64,000 bases of DNA from Myxococcota bacterium (GCA_965250285.1 OZ252299.1:3584001-3648000); one strand, 5' to 3'; positions 8,800 to 18,694 are shown, numbered from the stretch's first letter. The notes: generated by a model from the sequence alone, not told the origin. Made by a program: numbers and translations.

Positions 8800-9938
8800 T
8801 GCTAGATCCCGCGAGCCTTGAAGCGCTGCAGCTCCAGATCGATGAGGCTATCGAGGCCGACCGAGGTCGATTCGATGAGCTGTGCGCAGAAGTGAGTCCC
8901 CTTGGGCGGTCGACCAGGCGCATCAAGCCGTACAGGACTACCGCGATCTCGCTCGTTGGTACTGATGGCGGGAACAACCAGGTCTCGTTCGATCCATTCA
9001 TGGTTCAGCTTGTACGAGTCGTCGACTCAAGCAACAACGAGTACTGCCTGGAGGCCGTTACCCCGTCAACCCCCTTCGATGTTCTTCATGCTCGTCACTT
9101 GTCGAGCGAGGGCAAGGGTCTGACGGCGCTTGGTCGCATGATGGAGCTACTTGGTGTCCGCACGCTGCACGAACTTTCGATGATCTCGCCGCCTCCGGAA
9201 GAACCGAAGCCCTCATGGGTTCAGGTTTACCGTGAGCTGACCGAGTGGGCGATTCTCCTCGACCTCGTGCGCTCGCGGAGTTTCGCAACGGATACGTTGA
9301 TCATCCAAGATGGGCTGCTGCGGAGCAAAGTCTTCCGAGGGTACCTGTTTCGCGACTATCGACGAGCTCTCGAGCAGGCGATCGAGGACCAATACAAGAA
9401 AGACCGTCGGCGTGTCTTCGTCGCTGGCGTTTCGAAGCACAGCAAGGTTCTACAGACTTACAATCTCGCGATGCACTCTAAGGGCGTGCTCCGGACAGAG
9501 TACCCGGCGTTCGTTGAAGTCCCGCGCGCCATCGAGCTCTCTGTCTACAAGTGGGAAGAGTATGCGCGGGGCGGTGACGATGAGGGCGCTGGAGGTGAGG
9601 GGAACAAGTTCGTCGCAGGCCGCATGTACTTTGTGAAGTTCGGGACGAGCCCAATCGACCCGGTTTGGGCGGTCGACTTGTTCGAACCCCAAGTTACCGA
9701 GGCGGACAGGATTTTCGGCTACATGCTCGAGGATGCGATTGAGGGGTTTCCCGTCCCCTTCTACCCGCAGTGTCTACAGCGTGCCCACGACAATGCCGCG
9801 CTGGCGGGCTTCGACATGGAGATTCTCTCGGATCAGATCAAGACAGGCGTCAAGGCGTCGCTCGGCGAAGCCGGCTCGATCGTTGATGAGCTCGCGGTGA
9901 TGGTCGACGACCCCGCTGCGCGTCGATACGGAGCCTGA
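8799..9938 (+). CDS. nurA: NurA-family nuclease
   Basis: Acidic motifs LVGTDGG and IIQDGLL, VAGVSKHS, and C-terminal FYPQCLQRAHDNA. TAATG coupling to the upstream gene; lies next to HerA. Confidence 0.78.
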   Translation: MLDPASLEALQLQIDEAIEADRGRFDELCAEVSPLGRSTRRIKPYRTTAISLVGTDGGNNQVSFDPFMVQLVRVVDSSNNEYCLEAVTPSTPFDVLHARHLSSEGKGLTALGRMMELLGVRTLHELSMISPPPEEPKPSWVQVYRELTEWAILLDLVRSRSFATDTLIIQDGLLRSKVFRGYLFRDYRRALEQAIEDQYKKDRRRVFVAGVSKHSKVLQTYNLAMHSKGVLRTEYPAFVEVPRAIELSVYKWEEYARGGDDEGAGGEGNKFVAGRMYFVKFGTSPIDPVWAVDLFEPQVTEADRIFGYMLEDAIEGFPVPFYPQCLQRAHDNAALAGFDMEILSDQIKTGVKASLGEAGSIVDELAVMVDDPAARRYGA

Positions 9939-9939
9939 C

Positions 9940-12066
9940 ATGTCCGATCTGTTTCCGAAGGAGATGGTCATCGGGGCCTTTCGGGGGTTTTCTCAAGGGG
10001 GGCTCGAGTTTCACGCGGACCTCGCGATCCCGTATCGGCCAGATCTCCACTCAGTCCCCATGCACGGGCAGTTCGTCGTGGTCCAACTCGAGAACCCCGA
10101 TGAGGGTGTACTCGGCCGAATCACCTCCCTCTCCGCAGACGGCCGACTCTCAAGCAGCGTTGGAGAGGACTACAACATTCGTGCGATTCGCGAGGATCGA
10201 CCGATCTCGGAACAGCTTCGTAGCGACTACCTGAAGTACCGAGTCGGCATTCGAGTGCTCGGCTTGCTCCATGTCAGGGACGACGAGCCTGCTTTCGTAC
10301 CGTCGCATCGACGTTTGCCGCATGTGGGCAGCCCTGTTGCGTTCCTAGATCCGAAGATTCTTCAGACGCTTGTTGGCCACCGCGGAGCAGGGGCCGACAT
10401 CGGCGTGTTCGCGCTTGGCGAGTACGTGTACGGACGGGGCAGCGATCTGATTGAGGCGGAGGACTGGATGCAGATCGAGGATCCGGAGATCGTAGTCCGG
10501 TTCCCAATCATGAATCTCGTCTCGCGTCGGACGTTCGTCTTCGCGCGGGCGGGCTTCGGAAAGTCGAATCTAAACAAGCTGCTGTTTTCGAAGCTCTACG
10601 AGAAGACTCCAACCGTTTCCAAGCGAGGCGGGCGAGAGGTTCCTGTTGGGACACTAATCTTCGACCCAGAGGGTGAGTACTTTTGGCCCGACGACTCAGG
10701 CCGCCCTGGCCTCTGCGACTGCCCGCAGTTGTCGGACCAGATCGTCGTGTTCACGCCCCGAGAAGCACCCAGCCCGTTCTATGGAAGCTTCGTTGCAGGC
10801 GGAATCAAGCTCGACGTCCGGAGACTTCGCCCTCGTGACGTGATCTCGATCGCGCTGCCTCCCGAGAAACAGGACCAACAGAATGTCGGGAAGCTGCGCA
10901 GCTTGAACTCGGGCGCATGGGCGGAACTCGTGGACCTCATCTACGCGCAGGGGCGGGGTGCCGACCTCGACGAGATCCAGCGCATCCTGAATCTAGAGAG
11001 GGACCAACAGAAGGCCGAAGCGCTCGCTGCTCGCTCGAACATGGCTCTTGTAGTCGGCGGACTGCATGATCCATCTAGTCAGTTGATGGACAAGCTGCTT
11101 GCCGCTCTTTCGGACGGAAAACTCTGCATCGTTGACGTCTCGCAGATGAGAGGCAACGCTGCTTTGATTCTCTCAGGTCTGATTCTTCGAAGAATCTTCG
11201 ACCGGAATCAAGAGGAGTTCACCCGGGCGGAGCCGAGAACGATTCCTACGATCGCGGTTGTGGAAGAGGCACAGTCGGTTCTAAATGAGAAGGCATCCGC
11301 GGCCGGGCCATACATCGAGTGGGTAAAGGAAGGGCGGAAGTATGATCTCGGGGCCATGCTCATTACGCAGCAGCCGGGCAGTATCCCGAAGGAGATTTTG
11401 AGCCAGGGCGACAACTGGTTTGTCTTCCACTTGCTGTCGGAGGACGATCTAGGCAGGGTGCGATCTGCGAACGCACACTTCAGTCGAGATCTGCTCAGCA
11501 CTCTTCTCAATGAGCCGATCAAGGGGCAAGGTCTCTGCTGGAGTTCAGAGGGCACGGCCCAGTTCCCCGTTTCTCTGCGTGTGGCATCGTTCGAGTCACA
11601 ATACTCGAGACTCGACAAGTCGTACTCTCGAGATGCGGTCGAGTGCTATGCGGGGACGCTAAGAGACCGTTTCGATTCGAATCGCTCGGTGTTGGCACCT
11701 TCGATCCGCGAGAAGGCCGAAGCTAACGTTCCGGATGCGTCCGACGACGCGGCTGGGTTCAGGCTGACTGGATCGCCACCTGACCACTTCCGATCGCACC
11801 AAGACACCGCTATCGACACTCTGCGAAACGATCCCAGTTTCTGGGCCTCGATCGACGCCGGCGGTATCCCGTATGGCAAGGTGGTTGGAATCCTAAAGGA
11901 TGCCTTGCCGGAAGACCTGGATGGTCGAGGCGACCTAGCCTTCAATTTGGTGCCGGCAGCCCTGGACGAAGTCTTCGATGGTGAGCAGGAAGTCGCCTGG
12001 GCGACCGAGATACGCACCACGAGAAGTGGTAAACCAACAAGATTCGTCGTGCGCGTTCGGAGCTAG
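9940..12066 (+). CDS. herA: HerA/FtsK-family ATPase (HAS barrel + DUF87-type domain)
   Basis: N-terminal beta-rich HAS-like region, Walker A FARAGFGKS, IFDPEGEY, Walker B VVEEAQ, and KEGRKYDLGAMLITQQP. Confidence 0.88.
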   Translation: MSDLFPKEMVIGAFRGFSQGGLEFHADLAIPYRPDLHSVPMHGQFVVVQLENPDEGVLGRITSLSADGRLSSSVGEDYNIRAIREDRPISEQLRSDYLKYRVGIRVLGLLHVRDDEPAFVPSHRRLPHVGSPVAFLDPKILQTLVGHRGAGADIGVFALGEYVYGRGSDLIEAEDWMQIEDPEIVVRFPIMNLVSRRTFVFARAGFGKSNLNKLLFSKLYEKTPTVSKRGGREVPVGTLIFDPEGEYFWPDDSGRPGLCDCPQLSDQIVVFTPREAPSPFYGSFVAGGIKLDVRRLRPRDVISIALPPEKQDQQNVGKLRSLNSGAWAELVDLIYAQGRGADLDEIQRILNLERDQQKAEALAARSNMALVVGGLHDPSSQLMDKLLAALSDGKLCIVDVSQMRGNAALILSGLILRRIFDRNQEEFTRAEPRTIPTIAVVEEAQSVLNEKASAAGPYIEWVKEGRKYDLGAMLITQQPGSIPKEILSQGDNWFVFHLLSEDDLGRVRSANAHFSRDLLSTLLNEPIKGQGLCWSSEGTAQFPVSLRVASFESQYSRLDKSYSRDAVECYAGTLRDRFDSNRSVLAPSIREKAEANVPDASDDAAGFRLTGSPPDHFRSHQDTAIDTLRNDPSFWASIDAGGIPYGKVVGILKDALPEDLDGRGDLAFNLVPAALDEVFDGEQEVAWATEIRTTRSGKPTRFVVRVRS

Positions 12067-13175
12067 CCTGTCACAGCGTACACGTCGAACTCCTGGCGCG
12101 ACCTCCCGATACCTCGCGCAAACTGGTCGGATTGGCGTTTGCCATCTGTCGCCGCACCCGCGTCGCGACGTGTGACGATCTTCCAGCCCGAATCCTGGAA
12201 CGACTGCATGCACACGTCGACGGGGTCTGCTCTTCGATCATGGATGCCTCCAAAGCGGCACACGAGGCGCGCGCTGGAGTTGGAAACAGCCGCGCAGGCA
12301 CGCCAAACATCCCGAAGCTGCGCGGCGAAGCTCTCCGGGCTGTCGTGTTGAAGCTGGCCCGATTGCTGGCGGTAGTCGATTTCATCCGATGCGCCAACGA
12401 ACCAGTCTCTGAGCCACTGGTCCTGCACGTATGTGCGGAGGCCGTAGTACGGTGGTGACGTCACGATCCAGTCTACGCGATCTACGTCACGAAACGAATC
12501 AGGTTCACGAGCGTCACCGCACACAATCGTGTTGTCCGCGGTCGGAAGGGCGTCCGCCAGGTACCACGTCGCCCGCTTGCGTACGACGTCTAAGACCCGG
12601 ACACCCGGCGGGCGGAGCCCTCGCCTTGACCAAAAGCCGATCGCGTAGCGAGGCTTCGGCGCAAACGTTCGAGGTGCTTGGTTGGAGAAGTAGGATGGCT
12701 CTCCTACGTTGAGCGGCCCGTGTAGCGCGCCGAGCATGATCCCTCGAAGCGCGGCTCGGGCGGGGCTCCGGCAATCGCGCATCAGCGCTTCCCGGACCTT
12801 GCAGATGTCGTGGAGAGTCCGAGACGAGAAAGCCAACCGCCAGAACATTCCCTTCGGAATGTCGGGTGAGTTCGATTCGTCGTCCAGAATTCTCTGCGCC
12901 GCCCTAACAACCTGAGCGGCGGTAGTCGCCTCCATCTTCGATCGAGAGATGGCAGCGGCTACAGAGCTGCTGTCGATTCCTACCGACGGCAGGCCAAGCA
13001 CCCGGGCCGCGAAGGTAGTCGTCCCGCGCCCGCAGAAAGGGTCGAGGACACGGTCGCCAGGCCGTGCGCGGCGCGCAAGTAGACGCAGCGGGAAGTCGAG
13101 CGGGAACATCGTAAAGTAGGGGCAGATCGCGTTCAGACGCGGCTGGCGAGTCGGTACCTGGAGTTGATTGATCAC
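12063..13175 (-). CDS. Site-specific DNA methyltransferase (N4-C/N6-A class)
   Basis: CPYFTMFP, SAM-binding VLDPFCGRGTT, catalytic VTSPPY. Its stop overlaps the herA stop in CTAG. Confidence 0.88.
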   Translation of the reverse strand: MINQLQVPTRQPRLNAICPYFTMFPLDFPLRLLARRARPGDRVLDPFCGRGTTTFAARVLGLPSVGIDSSSVAAAISRSKMEATTAAQVVRAAQRILDDESNSPDIPKGMFWRLAFSSRTLHDICKVREALMRDCRSPARAALRGIMLGALHGPLNVGEPSYFSNQAPRTFAPKPRYAIGFWSRRGLRPPGVRVLDVVRKRATWYLADALPTADNTIVCGDAREPDSFRDVDRVDWIVTSPPYYGLRTYVQDQWLRDWFVGASDEIDYRQQSGQLQHDSPESFAAQLRDVWRACAAVSNSSARLVCRFGGIHDRRADPVDVCMQSFQDSGWKIVTRRDAGAATDGKRQSDQFARGIGRSRQEFDVYAVTG

Positions 13176-13515
13176 GGGGCCCCCGGCGAGAAACTAGATT
13201 GCGACCTGGTCGCTCACAACGTGTTCAAACTTAGCGCCGACCACGAGGCGCCGTGGCGATCAGCTCGACCGGTCACGAGAACCGGCTTCCGCAGACTGCC
13301 AGCAGCAGCTTCAGGGCGACCCGAAGCAACAGACGATGTGCCATCTACGCCGCGTCCGCCTGTTCGAATCGAAGTCGCAGCACTTCGCGACGCGTGCGAT
13401 ACACCTGACCTACCGCCTCATCTGAATCATCGGCGGCGTGATTGGCGTTGAGTTCTTGCTTCGAGCCGGCACGAACTGATAGAACCGATAGCACCCATTC
13501 TCGAAAGGGATCGCA

Positions 13516-14214
13516 ATGCCGGGTCTATTTCGATGCGTATTGCTCTCGCTATTGGCTGCTGGAGTGGTTGGTTTCCCCGCGGCCTCCCGCGCCGCCCTCC
13601 TGATCGACGGCTTCGATGGCTCGCAGCAAGCCGAGGGCGGCCTCACGAGCCATCTGCTCGCGAACGTGCTCGGCGGTGAGCGCGACGTTCACTCGGGCTT
13701 CCCCAACTCGACGGCGCGGGTCGAGAACGGGCAGTTCATCGTCGAAGCCGCCGAAGGCGACATCGAGGTCGAAGGCTGGTTGATCTACGACGGCATCGAC
13801 GACTCGCCCGTGCGCGACGTCGACGGTCTCGGGGGCGTCGACCTGACGGCGGGCGGCACCCTCGACGCGTTCGCGATCAGGCTCGATTCGGCGAGCGCCG
13901 AGTTCAACATCCGCATCTGGATCTACTCTGCGACCGATCTGAGGATCTACCAGTCGCCCTCGATCGATCCGTCCGAGCTCGTGGCCCCTGTCGACCTGAT
14001 CTTCCCGTTCGCCGACTTTCCGCCCGGCACACCGCTGACCGAGGCCGGGCTGATCCTCGTGAACTTCGAGAACGACAGTCGAACGACCGGCCTCGAGCTG
14101 GCGGTCTCTTCGATCAAGCTGATCCCCGAGCCCAGCACGGTCCTGCTCACCGGGGTCGGGCTTCTGTGGCTCGGCCGATGCAGTCGCCGAAGCGGTCGGC
14201 GACTCATCTTCTGA
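13516..14214 (+). CDS. PEP-CTERM sorting-domain protein
   Basis: Signal peptide plus C-terminal IPEPSTVLLTGVGLLWLGRCSRRSGRR. Confidence 0.88.
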   Translation: MPGLFRCVLLSLLAAGVVGFPAASRAALLIDGFDGSQQAEGGLTSHLLANVLGGERDVHSGFPNSTARVENGQFIVEAAEGDIEVEGWLIYDGIDDSPVRDVDGLGGVDLTAGGTLDAFAIRLDSASAEFNIRIWIYSATDLRIYQSPSIDPSELVAPVDLIFPFADFPPGTPLTEAGLILVNFENDSRTTGLELAVSSIKLIPEPSTVLLTGVGLLWLGRCSRRSGRRLIF

Positions 14215-14272
14215 GGCCTGCCTGACGACCAGCTGCTCTGTCGAGGATGCGGGGTGAGCGCAGGCCGCCTAC

Positions 14273-14608
14273 CTAGCCCGACGATCGCAACCCCGGAAGA
14301 ATCGCGAAGCGGGTCTCTCCCGTGAGCTCTTCGACGCGGATCTTCTTGAAGGGCGCGTAGGCGTCTGATTCGTAGAGCTCGCGGGCGACCTGGGCGCTCG
14401 GCACCTTGACGATGACCGTCCAGTTGCCCGACCACTCGCCCTCGAGCACTTCGGGCTCAGACGTTGCGACGAGAATCTCGGCACCGGCCTCGGCGAACAT
14501 CCGACCCACGGGCATGCCGTATCGCTCACCGTAGGCTTCGAAATCCTTCACATCGATCATGGCGACCATGTACACGGGCGATTCCACTGCCGTCTCCTCT
14601 GTGTTCAT
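14273..14608 (-). CDS. DUF1330-family protein
   Basis: YMVAMIDVKDFEAY...EVLEGEW...ARELYESDAY..IR pattern. Confidence 0.82.
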   Translation of the reverse strand: MNTEETAVESPVYMVAMIDVKDFEAYGERYGMPVGRMFAEAGAEILVATSEPEVLEGEWSGNWTVIVKVPSAQVARELYESDAYAPFKKIRVEELTGETRFAILPGLRSSG

Positions 14609-14665
14609 GCGAATCGAATCTCGGCGACGGTCACTGACCGCCCGCGGCGCCGCCCTACCCTGAGC

Positions 14666-15310
14666 TCATTCGCTCGCCCAACGCTCCCAATGCGTGCAGT
14701 CTTCAGGCGGTTTGCGTCGCGGTCGCCCCCAGCCGCCGACCGGGTATCCGACCGGGATCAGGGCCACGGCGCGAACGGTGTCGGGCAGCTCGAGTACTTC
14801 GCGCACCGGCGTGCACTCGAGCGCGCCGGCGGGGCAGTAGTCGGAGCCCAGCGTCAGCAACACCGTGCCCAGTCCACGCGAACGAGCGGCCAGCATCAGA
14901 TTCTGGATCGCCGGATAGATCGAACCGAACAGACCCGACGCCACCGCGGCGCTGTCGGGGCACGGCACCGTCAGGCAGGGCACGATGATCGCCGGCGCCT
15001 CGTCGAGGTGCTCGACGTTGTGCATGGCCTGGCCGTACACGCGGCGCTGCTCGTCGCCGGTCGCGGGGCTCGCCAGCACCCCGTCGCGGATGTAGCGGCG
15101 CCCCGCCTCGCGATACGCGACCGCGATCTGCTCGCGTTGGCGAGGCTCGGTGACGACGACGAACGACCAGAGCTGAAGGTTGCCGGCGCTCGGCGCCATG
15201 GTCGCCGCCTCGATGACGTACTCGAGGTCGGCGCGCGGCACGGCATCGGGCAAGAGCCGGCGCATGGAGCGCAGCGTGAAGATCGCATCATGCGTCGAAA
15301 GATCGGCCAT
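14666..15310 (-). CDS. Nitroreductase family protein
   Basis: RSMRR, APSAGNLQLWSFVVV, SIYPAIQNLMLAARSRGLG and LIPVGYP motifs. Confidence 0.9.
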   Translation of the reverse strand: MADLSTHDAIFTLRSMRRLLPDAVPRADLEYVIEAATMAPSAGNLQLWSFVVVTEPRQREQIAVAYREAGRRYIRDGVLASPATGDEQRRVYGQAMHNVEHLDEAPAIIVPCLTVPCPDSAAVASGLFGSIYPAIQNLMLAARSRGLGTVLLTLGSDYCPAGALECTPVREVLELPDTVRAVALIPVGYPVGGWGRPRRKPPEDCTHWERWASE

Positions 15311-15412
15311 GCAGGTCTGACTCCTTCGCGTGCGCGCGGGGCGCTTCCGCGCCGATCGGTGTCGATCGACCCGGCGAAGCGCCTCATCGGGGCCACCCGA
15401 GCGGCGACGAGC

Positions 15413-16267
15413 TCAGTCGAGCTGGATGATGTCGAGCCCCTCGACGTCGCCGTAGGGGTTCGTCGGGTTTCGGCTTGCTTCGATGTCGGCATAGCGAACC
15501 CGAAGCGCCTGCTTCGTGATGTCGTGGGTGAAGATCCAGAACTTGTCCTGGCGCATCGCCTCGACGATGTCGCCCGCGACCTGCGTCGTCGTGATGCCCA
15601 TGGCGGTGATCGCTTCGCGCAGGGGCGCGATCGTCGCGGTCTGCGCCGCGGTCATCTCGGCGCCGTCGTCGCGGTTGCGCTCCGAGTGAAAGATGCCGGT
15701 GTTCACCAGGTTCGGGCAGAGGCAGTGCACCGATACGCCCGTGCCCTCGAGCTCGCGAAAGAGCGATTCTGAGAGGCCGACGACCGCGTGCTTCGTCGCC
15801 GTGTACATGCCGAGCACGGCGCTCGATACGTGACCCGCTTCGCTCGCCGTGTTGATGATGTGGCCCTCGCCCGCCTCTTTCAGGATCGGTCCGAAGGTCG
15901 TGACACCGTAGGCGACGCCGAGCACGTTCACGTCGACGATCCACTTCCAGTCGGCCGGGGTCGTCTCGAGCATCGGCCCGACCGGCGCCACGCCGGCATT
16001 GTTGACGACGACGTGCACTGCGCCGTAGTGCTCGAGGGTGCGGTCGGCGAGCTCGCGGACCGACTCGGGGTCGCGCACGTCGCAGACGACCCCGACGACG
16101 TCGGCCCCCTCACCCGAGAGACGCGACGTCTCTCGGTCGAGCGAACCCTGCTCGATGTCGGCCATCACGACCTTCATGCCTTCGGCGACGAAGCGCTCGG
16201 TGACCCCCAGACCGATGCCACCCGCGGCACCGGTCACGACGGCGACCTTCCCGTTGAAATCCTGCAT
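15413..16267 (-). CDS. SDR-family NAD(P)-dependent oxidoreductase
   Basis: TGAAGGIG, NNAGV and YTATK motifs. Confidence 0.92.
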   Translation of the reverse strand: MQDFNGKVAVVTGAAGGIGLGVTERFVAEGMKVVMADIEQGSLDRETSRLSGEGADVVGVVCDVRDPESVRELADRTLEHYGAVHVVVNNAGVAPVGPMLETTPADWKWIVDVNVLGVAYGVTTFGPILKEAGEGHIINTASEAGHVSSAVLGMYTATKHAVVGLSESLFRELEGTGVSVHCLCPNLVNTGIFHSERNRDDGAEMTAAQTATIAPLREAITAMGITTTQVAGDIVEAMRQDKFWIFTHDITKQALRVRYADIEASRNPTNPYGDVEGLDIIQLD

Positions 16268-16492
16268 TTCTCTCTCCTCGTCGCAGCGCTCGATCGAGCG
16301 CTCGTCACGCGATTCGTCCCGCGGCGAGGCGCGCGGGGCCCCGAGTCTAGCCGCCGCGGAGCCGGTCCGACGGCGCGGGTTCACGCGTCGGCGAGGCGCA
16401 ACGTGCGACTGCGCGGGGCCACGGGCCGGCCCGACCCGTTCGACCCGGGTCGGAAGACGGGCCACCATGTCGAAGCGACGCCCGAAGAAGCC

Positions 16493-17191
16493 ATGGAGAC
16501 GAGCGTGCAAGCCGATTTCTGGAAGAACCGCTGGGAGCAGCATCAGCTCGGCTGGCATCAGCCGAAAGCAAACCCGGCGCTCGTGCGCGAGTGGCCCGGG
16601 CTCGGCCTCGACGCGAGCGCGCCGGTCTTCGTGCCGCTCTGCGGCAAGAGCCTCGACATGCACTGGCTGCGCGAGCGGGGCCACGAGATCGTGGGGTGCG
16701 AGCTCTCACCGATCGCGTGCCGCGAGTTCTTCGCCGAAGCCGAGATTCCGGTCACGCCGGTGCCCGACGGCGCGCGTGAGCGCTACGAGGCCGCGGGCTA
16801 TCGACTGATCTGCGGCGACTTCTTCGACCTGACGCCTGAAGACCTCGAAGGGGTCGGCGGCGTCTTCGATCGCGGCGCACTCATCGCACTGCCACCCGCC
16901 ATGCGCGCCCGCTACGCCGAGCACATGGCGCACATTCTGCCCGCGGCGGTCGAGATCTTGCTCGTCACCCTCGAGTACGACCAGTCGGTGGTCGACGGCC
17001 CGCCGCACTCGGTGCCGACCGATGAGGTCGAAGCGCTCTTCGGCCGAAGCTTCGCGGCCGAGCGCCTTCATCTTTCCGAGCCGTCGAAGCCCCAGCAGCC
17101 GCGCTTCGAGGCGGCTGGCCTCGAGGTGTGGCAGGAGGCGATCTGGCGCATCACACGCACACCGGGCGGGTCGACCGGCGCGACGAGCTAG
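16493..17191 (+). CDS. tpm: Thiopurine S-methyltransferase
   Basis: FWKNRWEQHQLGWHQ, VFVPLCGKSLDM, GDFFDL, DRGALIALP and GPPHSV motifs. Confidence 0.9.
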   Translation: METSVQADFWKNRWEQHQLGWHQPKANPALVREWPGLGLDASAPVFVPLCGKSLDMHWLRERGHEIVGCELSPIACREFFAEAEIPVTPVPDGARERYEAAGYRLICGDFFDLTPEDLEGVGGVFDRGALIALPPAMRARYAEHMAHILPAAVEILLVTLEYDQSVVDGPPHSVPTDEVEALFGRSFAAERLHLSEPSKPQQPRFEAAGLEVWQEAIWRITRTPGGSTGATS

Positions 17192-17640
17192 AGGTGGGTC
17201 AAGCCGTACCAGCCCGTCTGGAAGAGCATGATCACCAGACACACCTCGGCGAGGAGGAACGAGCCCGAGCGCCACGGCTGCATCGCCTTCAGGTAAGCCA
17301 CCGTGAAGACGGTTCGCAACAGGGTGAAGACGACGAAGACACCGGTGGCAAGCCCGCTGCCAGGATCGGTCGCGAGATAGATCATGCCGAGGATCAAGAA
17401 GGGATACGTACTCTCGACGTGATTTCGGTGAAGCCGCTCATAGCGTGAGATCTCGGGGTGCGGCGCGCCGACCTCGCCATCGTCGAGATTGAACGCAGCA
17501 AAGTCTTCTTCGTTCGTCGCGTGACCGACGGCGATTCGCCGAAAGCCGGTCAGATGCCCGACCCCGAGCATCAGCAGAATCAGGTAGCTCGAACACAGGG
17601 CGAACATCGGAAAGGCATCGTGTTGCAGGAGCTGGCTCAC
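17188..17640 (-). CDS. MAPEG-family membrane protein
   Basis: RYERLHRNHVE motif with four hydrophobic segments. Confidence 0.85.
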   Translation of the reverse strand: MSQLLQHDAFPMFALCSSYLILLMLGVGHLTGFRRIAVGHATNEEDFAAFNLDDGEVGAPHPEISRYERLHRNHVESTYPFLILGMIYLATDPGSGLATGVFVVFTLLRTVFTVAYLKAMQPWRSGSFLLAEVCLVIMLFQTGWYGLTHL

Positions 17641-17698
17641 GGTGTTTCCTCCAAAGCTTGAGTCGGCCGGTGCGCGTCGAGCGACGGCCGATCGCCCG

Positions 17699-18472
17699 TC
17701 AGGCGCAGAAGCCGCCGTCGACCGGGATCTCGGTGCCGGTGATGAAGCTCGACTCGTCCGAGGCGAGATAGACGGCGAGCGACGCGACCTCGCCCGCCTG
17801 CCCGAGCCGGTTCATCGGATGAGCCGCCCCCAGCGCAGCGCGCGCGGCCTCGGGATCGCCCCCGGCTTCGAGGAACGGCGTCACCATCGGCGTCTCGATC
17901 GCGCCGGGATGGATCGAGTTGCAGCGAATCGGCCAGCCCGCCTCGGCACAGCGCAGCGCGACCGACTTCGAGAGCATCCACACCGCCGCCTTGCTGGCGC
18001 CGTAGACCGGGAAGAGCGAGCCACCTCGAATCCCCCAGGTCGACGACACGTTGATGATCGAGCCCGGCGCCTCGCTGCGGCGAATCGCTTCGAGGCCGTA
18101 CTTGCAGCCGAGGAAGACGCCGTCGGCGTTGATCGCCATGGTCTGCTTCCACTGGGCGTAGTCGACCATGTCGATCGGCCCGCCGGTGCTGATGCCCGCC
18201 GAGTTCATCACCACGTGGATCGCGCCGAAGGCGGCTTCGGCCTCGGGCACGTGCTCGATCCACTGGGCCTCGTCGGTCACGTCGTGCTGGATGAAGTGCG
18301 CCGCTTCGCCGAGCTCGGCCGCGAGCTTCTCGCCGCGTTCCTGCTGCAGGTCGAGCAGCACGACGCGCGCGCCCTCGGCCAGCATCTGCCGCGCAGTCTC
18401 TTCGCCGATCCCCGAGGCGCCCCCGGTGATGAGCGCCACCTTGCCTGCCAATCGTCCGGCCTCGAAAGCCAC
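17699..18472 (-). CDS. SDR oxidoreductase (hydroxysteroid dehydrogenase-like)
   Basis: TGGASGIG, YGASK, IRCNSIHPG and VDGG motifs; GTG start after GAGGAGG. Confidence 0.9.
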   Translation of the reverse strand: MAFEAGRLAGKVALITGGASGIGEETARQMLAEGARVVLLDLQQERGEKLAAELGEAAHFIQHDVTDEAQWIEHVPEAEAAFGAIHVVMNSAGISTGGPIDMVDYAQWKQTMAINADGVFLGCKYGLEAIRRSEAPGSIINVSSTWGIRGGSLFPVYGASKAAVWMLSKSVALRCAEAGWPIRCNSIHPGAIETPMVTPFLEAGGDPEAARAALGAAHPMNRLGQAGEVASLAVYLASDESSFITGTEIPVDGGFCA

Positions 18473-18694
18473 GGCTTCCTCCTCTGTGAGAGCCGGCGAT
18501 GGTAACCCGCCCGGCCGACACGGTGGAACGCCGAACGGAACGAACGTCCACAACGAATCGGACATACCCGAAGCGCGATGGGGTATCCCAGGTGAGGCGA
18601 CCCAGCCCCGCGCGCCGGCGGATCGGTCGACGGTCGAGTCCTGCCGCGCGCGGTGTATTCTGAGAAGCCACTCCGCCCTGCTACGGAGATCCAG

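Noticed and set aside
13442..13460. Sigma-54-like TTGGCG...TTGCT upstream of the PEP-CTERM gene
   Set aside because: The GG-to-GC spacing is 12 rather than the required 10.
5760..13500. Island as a prophage, IS or integrative element
   Set aside because: I found no integrase, transposase, tRNA or convincing flanking direct repeats by eye.
13486..13560. Resemblance to a c-di-GMP-I (GEMM) riboswitch (GCACCCATTCTCGAAAGGGATCGCAATGCCGGGTCTA)
   Set aside because: P2 pairing is poor, the GYAAA and GACGCAAAGC consensus elements are missing, and the sequence overlaps the RBS and ATG of the PEP-CTERM gene. An Infernal RF01051 search would settle it.
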